A stretch of 64,000 nucleotides of DNA from a phage. A model generated the notes under the pieces. That model saw nothing but the letters and a program-made list of their open reading frames with translations, had not been told where the DNA came from and searched no databases. The position numbers and the translations under genes are program-made. This document shows, piece by piece, positions 9,341-18,340 of this stretch. The stretch lies in sequence record PZ445444.1, one strand, 5' to 3'. Every line of letters begins with the position of its first letter. Positions within the stretch are counted from its first letter, which is position 1.

Positions 9341-9429
9341 ATAAAGTGTTGCAATAATCTAAAAACCTGCTATATTAAAAACTCAAGGGGCGAGATGACT
9401 TGCCCCCACAAAACAAAGAGGAAAACATC

Positions 9430-9810
9430 ATGAAAAACACTACTAAAGCTATTGACACCGTTATGTTTAACCTGGTTACATTCCGTGAAGATATGAAAGA
9501 TCTTCCACGTGAAACAGTGTGCGACCATATCGAAAACTATCGCAAACTAATCAAAGAGTTGCCTTTAAAACGTGACCAGTACGCGGCTAACGCTATGCTT
9601 AACGCCATGATCAAAAAGATGATCCAGTGTGATTTAACTCTGGCCTATGATTATGCAGGCGGTCGTTTTGCAGTATACAATCAGCCCGTGCCCGGTATGA
9701 GCACCACCGAAGAATTGCACGCGTTAAATCTGAAACAAGATGTATGGGATAACATGCCCCGCGTGGTGGTGTGGGCAGAAAGCGGAAAGATTTACGGCGA
9801 TAATTTTTAA
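9430..9810 (+). CDS. hypothetical protein
   Basis: 126 aa from ATG with AGAGGAAAACATC leader, preferred over track start 9400. Confidence 0.6.
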   Translation: MKNTTKAIDTVMFNLVTFREDMKDLPRETVCDHIENYRKLIKELPLKRDQYAANAMLNAMIKKMIQCDLTLAYDYAGGRFAVYNQPVPGMSTTEELHALNLKQDVWDNMPRVVVWAESGKIYGDNF

Positions 9811-9874
9811 TCAGGTAACAGGCGGCATATTTGCCGCCTTATTGTTAAACAGAACTGCAAAAGAGGTACATAGA

Positions 9875-10246
9875 ATGGAATTTATTATTTTGGCTGTAGT
9901 AGTTGCCTTGTTCAACGCCTGGATCGCTGGCAAGATGGGTAGATCCGCTTTTTTATGGTTTATTATATCTATTTTCCTGGGGGTGGTTGCAACTATTGTA
10001 CTTGTTATCCTTGCAATTGTTGACAAGGGGAATAATAGAAAGGGTAAAGTATTTTCAGACCTGTACGACGCTCAAACATTTGTCAACGCCTACTACAGCG
10101 ATCTTCCAGTCTCCCTACGTTGCAGCCTTGCACAACAGGTTTTCGATGAAGCTAAAACCAGAGATCACGCCCATGAGATTTGTTTAACTGAGGCGGATCG
10201 CCTATTTGAGAGGAATAGAAAATATGTGGACCAGCCGTTTAAATAA
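9875..10246 (+). CDS. hypothetical membrane protein
   Basis: 123 aa from ATG with AGAGG RBS; two or three predicted TM helices at the N-terminus. Confidence 0.55.
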   Translation: MEFIILAVVVALFNAWIAGKMGRSAFLWFIISIFLGVVATIVLVILAIVDKGNNRKGKVFSDLYDAQTFVNAYYSDLPVSLRCSLAQQVFDEAKTRDHAHEICLTEADRLFERNRKYVDQPFK

Positions 10247-10465
10247 TGCCACGTTAATTAACCCCTTTAGTGAAGATTTGAAGCCAGCCGCCTGGCGGGA
10301 TGGATTCAATAACGAAAGCTTTATTTTCAGGCCTGATCTTAAGGAATTTTATAACAATGGATCGAACAACGACAGAGATAATTTTTCTTGTAATGTGCGT
10401 GGTGATAATACTCCTGGGGGCCATTGCAAACCACGTCACTGCTAACAGGAGGAAAGGGGGAGACG

Positions 10466-10585
10466 ATGACACCTAAGGATAAGCCCCGCACCGATAAGGC
10501 GCGCCGTGTTATGGTATGGCTTGAGATCATCGCCCTTGAAATATTGTTAGGCGTAGGGATGTATTTTATCGCTGTAAGTAATTGA
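10466..10585 (+). CDS. small membrane peptide
   Basis: 39-aa ORF with strong AGGAGGAAAGGGGGAG RBS; C-terminal hydrophobic helix. Confidence 0.35.
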   Translation: MTPKDKPRTDKARRVMVWLEIIALEILLGVGMYFIAVSN

Positions 10586-10588
10586 TAA

Positions 10589-10630
10589 CGGCCCCGATCC
10601 CTGGGGCCTAACTTTTCAAATTTTTTTCTC
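10589..10630 (+). terminator. rho-independent terminator
   Basis: GGCCCCGATCCCTGGGGCC hairpin followed by a T-rich tract. Confidence 0.55.
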
Positions 10631-10725
10631 CCTGAGTGTTGCAATCCGATCCAGAATATGGATAATAACAATCAACGGGGAGACACTCCCCACCGCATAG
10701 ACAAAGTTCCAAAAGGAGAAACAAA

Positions 10726-10927
10726 ATGAGCAACAATATCCGCGTTATTAACTTCAAAAAAGAAGAAAAAAATTGCCGTGCTGATTGACGGTCAAGAAAT
10801 CTTTAAAGGTGATTATGAAGATCATCAAACGGCGATTAGTATCACTCGCGTGATTGGTTACCATAATTTTTACCCTCAAGGCGCTGAGGCAGCAGTAAAA
10901 CGAATTAAAGAGATTGTAGGCCTGTAA
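10726..10927 (+). pseudogene. small ORF interrupted by a +1 frame break at an A7 tract (possible slippage site or homopolymer error)
   Basis: ATG with AAGGAGA RBS; frame 0 stops after 20 codons; removing one A from GAAAAAAATTG gives a continuous 65-codon ORF ending at 10927. Confidence 0.4.
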
Positions 10928-10934
10928 AATTTAT

Positions 10935-10975
10935 TTTTAGATGGCCTTGACTCCAGGGCCATCAATAAAGTAAAT
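10935..10975 (+). repeat. conserved intergenic hairpin/promoter-like element, copy 3
   Basis: TTTTTAGATGGCCTTGACTCCAGGGCCATCAATAAAGTAAA. Confidence 0.6.
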
Positions 10976-11018
10976 TTAAACCCTGTTAAAATAATCAGTG
11001 CAAAAAGGAGTAATGATC

Positions 11019-11318
11019 ATGTTTATCCAGGCTAATAATCTTTATTTCTTTGATGGTCAGATCGTAGACGGCGTGGAGGTGGAAATCACCGGGTGCCCTG
11101 GCGGTCAGGTTATGACTTTTCGGAATAATGCCTTTGATGATTCTCATATCGTTATGAGAATGGAAGTTAGTAAGCTGGATGACAAGAAAACACTCATTGA
11201 TTATTCCGTGAAAGATCATCCAGACTACCACATGATCTATGGTGATTTGTGCATTGTTGACCGTGACAAGGTGGGCGGCATTGTGATCGCTATTGTGAAC
11301 GATGTTTTCTCAAACTAA
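11019..11318 (+). CDS. hypothetical protein
   Basis: 99 aa from ATG 8 nt after AAGGAG. Confidence 0.55.
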   Translation: MFIQANNLYFFDGQIVDGVEVEITGCPGGQVMTFRNNAFDDSHIVMRMEVSKLDDKKTLIDYSVKDHPDYHMIYGDLCIVDRDKVGGIVIAIVNDVFSN

Positions 11319-11335
11319 TTTCAGCAGGTGATTTT

Positions 11336-11686
11336 ATGAAAGTAAAACTATATTACCTTAATGAGCTTAACCCCCTTGCCCAGGTCCGCGCCCTGGCTAA
11401 TACCTTGATTTGTGAGAAATCTGTATATTGTGTTGAGCTTAACTCCATGCGTGAACGTCTCAAAGGTGGTTACTTTGACATCCATGCTGCAATCAACGGC
11501 CTGAATATGGAATTTATCCGCTTACGTAACAGCCGCCAGAATCTGGCAAGAATGGAACAAGATCCGGCCCACCTTCGTAAGCTGGTTATTGAAAATCATC
11601 TAATGTTTAATGCCGATGGTGATTATTACCATTTTCACCGTAAACGCTGGTACCGTAGCGGCAATATAGGAAAGAATGCAAAATAA
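11336..11686 (+). CDS. hypothetical protein
   Basis: 116-aa ORF. Confidence 0.6.
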   Translation: MKVKLYYLNELNPLAQVRALANTLICEKSVYCVELNSMRERLKGGYFDIHAAINGLNMEFIRLRNSRQNLARMEQDPAHLRKLVIENHLMFNADGDYYHFHRKRWYRSGNIGKNAK

Positions 11687-11720
11687 GGCCCCTGGCAGGG
11701 CCTGCAGCGATATAATCACA

Positions 11721-11756
11721 TAAAGGCTATGCGGTTGCATAGCCTTTATTATTTTG
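11721..11756 (+). terminator. rho-independent terminator
   Basis: AAGGCTATGC-ggtt-GCATAGCCTT hairpin followed by TATTATTTT. Confidence 0.65.
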
Positions 11757-11891
11757 GCGTTACAGCGGCCCCCAAGGCGCTTAAAAAAATTTTTAAAGAA
11801 GTACTTGCATCAAGTCCTACAATATGGATAATAAAGGGTGTCGGGGGGGTGAGGCCTCCAATCATTAACCGGATAGATAGGAGTTAAAACC

Positions 11892-12176
11892 ATGGCTATT
11901 GTTACCGTTGGCGATGTAGTAGAAATGGAAGCCAAATACTTAAAAGCTGGTATGCATATCATACGGAATGATCAAGAATTGTTATTAACCATGGTTGAAT
12001 ATAATCCCGGTCAGGATTATCCAAGCACTGACTACTTTTTCCAGTATGTTGATGAAGAATTAAAAGAGGATGAGGCTTATCAGGGTGAATTTTGTAATTT
12101 CTTTTGCCCTGATGAGGTTGTAAAAGTTATCTATCAACCTGGCGTACCTTTCCCGCTGCACGCTATCAACAAATAA
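11892..12176 (+). CDS. hypothetical protein
   Basis: 94-aa ORF, AGGAG RBS. Confidence 0.6.
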   Translation: MAIVTVGDVVEMEAKYLKAGMHIIRNDQELLLTMVEYNPGQDYPSTDYFFQYVDEELKEDEAYQGEFCNFFCPDEVVKVIYQPGVPFPLHAINK

Positions 12177-12231
12177 ACCTGGCGGGGCCGAAAAGGCCCC
12201 CAATTATGAAAATAAAGAGAGGCAAATCATC

Positions 12232-12465
12232 ATGATGGAACAAATTAAACGCGCCGAGGCTATTAATGGCAACGTGATCTATTTTGTCAGCAAAAACGAA
12301 AAAGGCGTACCCTATGCGGCGGTAATAGTACAGCCTGACGGCGATTATTGGTGTACTGTGTACGGCGCTTATTCTTTTGGGCGTCCAGTGCATGATAAAA
12401 TTTTGAAAGTAGCGAACCCTACCGGGAAAAATATCACAGCAGAAAAATTTTTTGAAAATAGTTGA
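12232..12465 (+). CDS. hypothetical protein
   Basis: 77-aa ORF, AGAGAGG RBS. Confidence 0.55.
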   Translation: MMEQIKRAEAINGNVIYFVSKNEKGVPYAAVIVQPDGDYWCTVYGAYSFGRPVHDKILKVANPTGKNITAEKFFENS

Positions 12466-12489
12466 CATGACCATATAAGACTGTAGTAT
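12462..12489 (+). promoter_or_regulatory. sigma70-like promoter
   Basis: TTGACA, 16 nt, TAGTAT; then leader hairpin GGGGCAAGCCCC. Confidence 0.45.
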
Positions 12490-12536
12490 ATAAATCAAAG
12501 GGGCAAGCCCCACCAACCACAAAGAGGATAAAAATC

Positions 12537-12716
12537 ATGGCTATTATTGCAAAGACTGAGATCGTAGGCTTGGATTCTATTCTCCTCGCATATGAGGAAG
12601 CTATAGAAATGTATGTGGTTTCCTATGGTGAGTATATCCGTGAATATAAATCTATTGATCTGGCTTTTGAATGTTATATTCGCCAGGTTAATAAAGCGTA
12701 CGATGATTATCGTTAA
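12537..12716 (+). CDS. hypothetical small protein
   Basis: 59-aa ORF below track cut-off, AGAGGA RBS. Confidence 0.45.
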   Translation: MAIIAKTEIVGLDSILLAYEEAIEMYVVSYGEYIREYKSIDLAFECYIRQVNKAYDDYR

Positions 12717-12806
12717 AATAGTTTGAAAACAAACAACCATCTTACAAAGCATAATACATAAGGCGGTGGAATGGTCCGCCACCTGGAACAAGAAGAGGAA
12801 AACAAA

Positions 12807-12911
12807 ATGAAACAGAAATTAATTGATGCGGTGATCCTGGTTATTGCCCTGGGTATTGGCCTGATTGCAACCATGGCTAATGTGATCTTGTCTTCCAACG
12901 GTATCGGGTGA
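12807..12911 (+). CDS. small membrane peptide
   Basis: 34-aa ORF, AGAGGAAAAC leader; hydrophobic core. Confidence 0.35.
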   Translation: MKQKLIDAVILVIALGIGLIATMANVILSSNGIG

Positions 12912-12920
12912 GGTTGGCAA

Positions 12921-13136
12921 ATGATCACTAACAAAACAGGCAAAACGGAATTTTTACGCAACTTACAGATCGGCAAGCCTGAGATCTGGTATTGCACTAA
13001 AACACCACGTGACGAAATGAAAGACTTCACCGCCACGCTGCAACGGGTAAAGATATCCATCACGCAGAAAAAGGCCTTGATAGTGGTGGAAGGTGAGATC
13101 CCTCAAACCGTTGTTATAGTTGAGCGTACAGCATAG
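12921..13136 (+). CDS. hypothetical protein
   Basis: 71-aa ORF. Confidence 0.5.
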   Translation: MITNKTGKTEFLRNLQIGKPEIWYCTKTPRDEMKDFTATLQRVKISITQKKALIVVEGEIPQTVVIVERTA

Positions 13137-13227
13137 TTTAATTTATACCGATACCCGAAAATTAACCAACAAAGCATAAACAGGCGGTTACCGCCGCCTT
13201 AAACGTAGCAGAAAGAGGATAGACACA

Positions 13228-13512
13228 ATGAAAAAGATGATCGCAGTGGTTGCCCTGGTTGTTGGACTTAATGCGCCTGTAATGGCTAAAGAGCTGGCAA
13301 AAGAGGTTAATCTAACGGATATTCATGCCGTCAATCGAATCGGGGTTACTTATCGCTTATGCCTTGCCGCTAAAACTTTTAAGGACGGCACGACAGAGTA
13401 CTACGGATTCGAAGGTGTCCGGTGCGGTGAACTTGCTCGCGACCTTAAGGAAGATCCAGACCTGGAGGATCTGCCCATCACCGTAAACGGGAAAACTTAC
13501 GTAAACCGTTAA
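13228..13512 (+). CDS. hypothetical secreted/periplasmic protein
   Basis: 94-aa ORF, AGAGGA RBS; N-terminal signal-peptide-like MKKMIAVVALVVGLNAPVMA. Confidence 0.6.
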   Translation: MKKMIAVVALVVGLNAPVMAKELAKEVNLTDIHAVNRIGVTYRLCLAAKTFKDGTTEYYGFEGVRCGELARDLKEDPDLEDLPITVNGKTYVNR

Positions 13513-13514
13513 CC

Positions 13515-13649
13515 ATGATAAAGATAATCATCACCTTGGGGATTGTGGCGGGATCGCTGGCGCTCTTTCTCCTTATGGTTAGGTATGTGCTGATCGGTAT
13601 TGTCCTGGTAGTCAGTGATCTATTGGAAACGGTTGGCACCTTGTTTTAA
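13515..13649 (+). CDS. small membrane peptide
   Basis: 44-aa hydrophobic ORF starting 3 nt after the upstream stop. Confidence 0.3.
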   Translation: MIKIIITLGIVAGSLALFLLMVRYVLIGIVLVVSDLLETVGTLF

Positions 13650-13661
13650 AGAGCGGTAAAA

Positions 13662-13853
13662 ATGAATATCGAACAAGTTAGAAAGGTATTGGCGGTACTG
13701 CGTTATCATAATCATAGAAAGGTCATAGACGATCCTGATTATGTCGATTCAAGCCTGGAAGGGGATACACTACAAGCCATAAGTAACATGCAAGAATTGC
13801 TAAAGCGCATGACAGAGAAAAACCGACCGGACTACATAGGCGAAAAAATATAA
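13662..13853 (+). CDS. hypothetical protein
   Basis: 63-aa ORF. Confidence 0.5.
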   Translation: MNIEQVRKVLAVLRYHNHRKVIDDPDYVDSSLEGDTLQAISNMQELLKRMTEKNRPDYIGEKI

Positions 13854-14065
13854 TCCTTATAAACTACAAAACAGGGCTTGCAATGGTCCTGTTTTTTGTT
13901 ATACTTGTTTCACGGCAGGCACCTGGTGACGGGGGGAGACAATCACCGGGTGTGCCTGCTATATAAAAACTATAAAAACCGTTGACATCTGCCAGGTGGT
14001 GGGGTAGCATTTATCTCGAAGGGGGCAAAAGCGCCCACACAACAACCGGAAGAGAGGAAAACGCC

Positions 14066-14338
14066 ATGTTAAGCTGGATTAACCAAGAAGTTGAATCACG
14101 TTTCAATGCTATTTGGGATCTCATCGAAAAAGAGGACGGAACATCAAGCCCTTATCTCAATAATCTTGAATTCCATTTCGTGGAAGCGATGAACGCAGAA
14201 CATGATCACGAAGGTGGTGCGGATGAATTCGCTAAAGGATATGGCTTCAACAATGCCAACGAAATGATCGAGGCGGTTGTACTCCAGGCTGAGGAAGATT
14301 ATCAATTAAAAACGCTTGAATTCTGCCGCCGTAAGTAA
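14066..14338 (+). CDS. hypothetical acidic protein
   Basis: 90 aa from ATG with AGAGGAAAAC leader, preferred over track start 13982. Confidence 0.55.
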   Translation: MLSWINQEVESRFNAIWDLIEKEDGTSSPYLNNLEFHFVEAMNAEHDHEGGADEFAKGYGFNNANEMIEAVVLQAEEDYQLKTLEFCRRK

Positions 14339-14400
14339 TAAGATAATGACACAGGCCAAAAGGCCCACTAAACAAAAACCACATAAAGAGGAAAAACATC

Positions 14401-14664
14401 ATGAAACGCCTTGATCAGCTCAAATTAGTTCAATATATGGCTTATCGTGTTCTTGAAGTCCAGAAAGGTAGCAAAAAAGAGGTTTGCGAGAAAGCTTATA
14501 AGATCTTCACTCGCAAAAAAGATGATTGGATGTTACGCCAGACCAAAAAAGCCGATATCTTGGGGTACCTGGAAGAAGAGATCCGGCTTGAAGAGCAAGA
14601 AGAGATCCGCCGCAGTGAGGCAGATTATCAGGCAGCTTGGGAAAACTGGATGAATAACAAATAA
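14401..14664 (+). CDS. hypothetical protein
   Basis: 87-aa ORF, AGAGGAAAAACATC leader. Confidence 0.55.
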   Translation: MKRLDQLKLVQYMAYRVLEVQKGSKKEVCEKAYKIFTRKKDDWMLRQTKKADILGYLEEEIRLEEQEEIRRSEADYQAAWENWMNNK

Positions 14665-14730
14665 TACAACAAGTTACATGGTCAGGGGCAATAAAGCCCC
14701 TTGATCACATAAAAATTATGCCATCCTTGG

Positions 14731-14759
14731 TTGACAGGGATCGGCAGTTTTGCTATATT
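14731..14759 (+). promoter_or_regulatory. sigma70-like promoter
   Basis: TTGACA, 17 nt, TATATT upstream of ORF 14809. Confidence 0.5.
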
Positions 14760-14808
14760 CTTTTTTGAAGGGAAGTTGTAAGAAAATTAACTAAGAGGTA
14801 AAAACACC

Positions 14809-15228
14809 ATGAACATTAAATCTAATAATCCGGCATATAGCTTTGATAACGCTTTTTGTCACGGTCCGGCGGCGAAAGGATTCGAAATCGATGGTAAACT
14901 AGTTATTGTCAATGTTGACGGGGAAGAGGTTGCAGTATATCCGGTGGCAGACGTTAAAAGCCGTCTACAATGCCGCATCGATGTTACCGCCTACCAGCTT
15001 GATCCGGTCCGGGTAGTTGCCCTGGTCCTGGAAGAAGAAATTAAAGCAATGCACCACAGCAACAAGTTTATTGGTGACGCTCAAGATAATATGAAGGTGT
15101 GCCGCCATAAAGTTAATGAAGTGCTTAAAGAATATGGCTTTAAAGATCTGATGATCAAACGTGAGGAAAAATTCCGCTACCGTAACGACCTGGCAAATCG
15201 GATTTTTGAAATATACGAATCATTATAA
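14809..15228 (+). CDS. hypothetical protein
   Basis: 139-aa ORF, GAGG RBS; last gene of the rightward block. Confidence 0.6.
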   Translation: MNIKSNNPAYSFDNAFCHGPAAKGFEIDGKLVIVNVDGEEVAVYPVADVKSRLQCRIDVTAYQLDPVRVVALVLEEEIKAMHHSNKFIGDAQDNMKVCRHKVNEVLKEYGFKDLMIKREEKFRYRNDLANRIFEIYESL

Positions 15229-15246
15229 TTTCTTAACTGAATTATC

Positions 15247-15275
15247 AAGGGGCTTAAAGGCCCCTTTCTTTTTGT
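15247..15275 (+). terminator. rho-independent terminator
   Basis: AAGGGGC-ttaaa-GGCCCCTT hairpin followed by TCTTTTTG. Confidence 0.65.
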
Positions 15276-15879
15276 CTGCTCTTCTCCTACCATAAACGGC
15301 CCTACCTGGCAAGTGGAATAATTGACTAGCCATCAATCCCACATACTGTACAAATATACATTGAAAATAACTATTGCATAATTTTTCATTGTGTGGTAGC
15401 AGGGCCATTTTTACCCGTTTTCTCTCCCAAAAGTGCACGTAATGCCGCTATTGCACAAATTTTAACCTGATGCACATCTCCAATATCTTGTCAACAACTA
15501 AAAATCTTTATAAGTCATACACTTACACAGCATCGAAAGCGTGTTCTACGCGAAAAATAGAGTATAACTATAGCCGCCAGATCTCAGAATTCACGTACGC
15601 ACGCCATTCTATAGCCTGCAAAGTATTTATTCCAACCACAGAATAAAGGAATAGTCAATACCTGCATAAAATAATTATTCGTGTAAACTGCATAACATAA
15701 ATCAGCTCAGGTGTCAACATTTTTCGTAAACAGCCCGAAATTATCACGATGAGTTATCATAAACAGAGAAATCTTTAGTCGTCTAATGTTTACTGTACAT
15801 TACTATACTGACTGGAATCATTAGATGACTAAGAGAAAGATAAGAAATAATTAATAATGTAATTGTTTTACCTGTAACA

Positions 15880-16145
15880 ATAAGGCAACTATGCAAACGA
15901 ATGGCATGGCGCGACGGAGTCGCGACATAATATAAAAGCAGTAACCATCACCCCCGTGATAGTTTGTCTGCAAACTATTAATCAGATCATAGTTGCCTTG
16001 TATTTAGTTAATCATGACATAACAAGCAAGGCAACTATAGATCTTATAATAGTTGCCCTGCTTTTATATTATGTCATGCTAATTATAATCAGTGCGATTA
16101 TTGTCATGTATAATTATTGTCATGCAAACGAATGGCATGGCTGAT
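15880..16145. repeat. cluster of direct and inverted repeats
   Basis: GCAAACGAATGGCATGGC at about 15893 and 16125; CAAGGCAACTAT with inverted ATAGTTGCCTTG copies; ATTGTCATG repeated. Confidence 0.55.
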
Positions 16146-16153
16146 TATCGGTG

Positions 16154-16239
16154 TGTAAACAGTCAATCATGTAAATGGTTAGCATGTGAACAATCAGGAA
16201 TGTAAACAATCCAGTGTGTAAACTAATAGGTGTGTAAAA
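16154..16239 (+). repeat. iteron array: six TGT(A/G)AA(C/T/A) heptamers at a regular 15-16 bp spacing
   Basis: heptamers start at 16154, 16170, 16185, 16201, 16217, 16233. Confidence 0.65.
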
Positions 16240-17693
16240 GTGTCATGTTGTGTCAGTTAGGTCACATTATGTCAGACAAGTTTTTCTCCTCTTTGTCAAG
16301 TGCTGCATGAAAAATTTACAATCTTGTATGGTAGCATTTTTGCGGCCCTGTTTACATTCAGGAGTGTATGTATAATCCTTGGTGTGTGGGCGTTTAGACG
16401 TCTAGACGGTCAGAAGTCTGCAGGTCAATATCTAATCTATTGGCTGCTAACTATATCCCCCACAAATAATAAGAAATATAATTGTTATGTGCGTAAACAG
16501 TAACCCATGTTATCAATCCCTGTATGTATCGCCAGTGGTGCGCATAATGGGTATTATGTTAAATTGCCCGTAATGATAACTATTCTCACAATGATAGGTA
16601 TTCTCATTCACTCCCACAAGATAGGTTGCAAATGTTGTGCCATTGTGTGAACGGCCTCACCTATTAATTTGCCTCACTGCCTCGATATTTGAGAATTGTT
16701 ATAAGAATGAGAATGATTCCCATTTCGTCCGCCTAGCAGCACTCCTGTAGGACAAGCACAAAATCGTGGCATAGCTGGACCTGTTCAGATATTTCTGGCT
16801 GGCTCTTCAGGTCTGTGTGGGAAAAGCCAACCCCCTCCGGCGGCGGGGAGGGTGTCAATTAAAAAATTTACGGGGTATATGAAGCGCTCTTCAGGTAAGG
16901 CATGTACTATGGGATGAAACCCTCTTCGGGCAATGATATTTGTGGGTGTGATATTTGCTGGAAAGCCAGATATGACGGGACTCCCGGCGGGGCAGGGGTA
17001 GTACAGACAGGGAAAATATGGGGATGTAGTTGGGTGAATTGATCGGGCAGGTAGAGTATGGAATATGTTACAAGTATGTTAAATATGGAGGGTGAATATC
17101 TGCAGGATTTGTGTGTAAAATCAAAGACTTAAGTAGTGTTGTGGTATTTTCTATAAATAATTCAAGTTTAATAGGTAATATTTGTCTCTATCCACTTTGT
17201 GTGGTAAACAAATTCAAATGAGATTGGTTTACAAGTGTATACATAATATACAAATTAAAGATACAAGAAACCCCCCTCCCCCTTCGGCTACCATTCACCT
17301 TTTCCTCTGACTGGTACTTAAACACTTATTCAGACTCTTCAGGTTATCACCCATATACCATATGGCAGTGACTGGTGTCCTCCGGCCCCTCTTTCGTCAC
17401 CCGTCCGCTTCGCCATGCTAATGCCATAGCCAAATGTTCGGTTGTTCACCCTGTTCACTCAGGTGTATCTCCATACCCCTTCAAACCGAAGAGAACAGAA
17501 AACCCGAATTACTCGGTAAAAGAAAAGAGAAGAACTTAATTTTATCAGGATAGGCAAGAATGTCAAGGCATGACTGCTCACTAAACAAGCAAACAGTCAT
17601 GTGTGGGAGGTAAGTGATTGTGGTGGTAGGAAATTTAGTTGAAAGATGTGTTATAGGTGCTTCCAGCACTTTAGCCTGGCAGCTAATTGTGTG

Positions 17694-17909
17694 TCAGTCC
17701 AGCGGTTCATCCTCTACTTCACTGAAATCAATGTTCATGGTCTCTTCCCAACCATCGATCTCAGCACAAGAGTGGAGTTCTTTAGGGTTTACTCCCAAAG
17801 CCTCAGCAACAGAGTCTATATTTAACACCTCTGGCAGGTATGATTCATCGAATTCAAGGTAAATCAGGCCACGAGTGTTGTCAACTCCACCAAATATTTC
17901 TATCTTCAT
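17694..17909 (-). CDS. hypothetical acidic protein
   Basis: 71-aa ORF. Confidence 0.5.
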   Translation of the reverse strand: MKIEIFGGVDNTRGLIYLEFDESYLPEVLNIDSVAEALGVNPKELHSCAEIDGWEETMNIDFSEVEDEPLD

Positions 17910-18029
17910 GAAATCTCCTCTGGAAATGAGAGTGTGAACGGGTTTTATACGTCACAATGCACAGGAATTATGCACGTTTGCCTCTTCAGGCCATGCTTTA
18001 GCATGAGGAACCTGTGTGGGCTCGGTGCT

Positions 18030-18242
18030 TCATAGTCTACCACCCCTGAACTCTTCGTGCTCAGGCATAATAGAGAACCAGATATCTACGATGTCCTCCC
18101 ACGTCAGGTCATCAGCCTCAGGATCTGTCTGGGACGAAGATGAAGAGTCCTCAGAATCTAAGTTTTCCTCTTTAACTGGCTCATCCAAGGGACATATGGT
18201 CACTCCTTCGGATGTCTCTTCAGATGCATGTGTGTTGATCAT
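18030..18242 (-). CDS. hypothetical acidic protein
   Basis: 70-aa ORF; start overlaps stop of the upstream small ORF (ATGA). Confidence 0.45.
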   Translation of the reverse strand: MINTHASEETSEGVTICPLDEPVKEENLDSEDSSSSSQTDPEADDLTWEDIVDIWFSIMPEHEEFRGGRL

Positions 18243-18340
18243 GTTCCACCCGTGAGTATTCCGGCAACAGCCGCTATGGAAGTAATGATCATCAGGATCA
18301 CCACTAAAACTTCAGACAATGTTCTCATTGTGTATTCCAT
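18239..18340 (-). CDS. small membrane peptide
   Basis: 33-aa hydrophobic ORF (MEYTMRTLSEVLVVILMIITSIAAVAGILTGGT). Confidence 0.3.
   Translation of the reverse strand: MEYTMRTLSEVLVVILMIITSIAAVAGILTGGT

Noticed and set aside
10206-10445. 79-aa ORF overlapping the end of 9875-10246
   Set aside because: Would start with TTG or overlap the upstream gene extensively; Asn/Asp-rich low-complexity translation; left uncalled
15956-16503. Plus-strand ORFs 15956-16144 and 16300-16503 in the convergence zone
   Set aside because: They are read-through of AT-rich repeat DNA (Ile/Leu/Val-rich low-complexity translations) with no RBS
17481-17669. 62-aa minus-strand ORF
   Set aside because: No RBS and a low-complexity translation in a repeat-rich non-coding region
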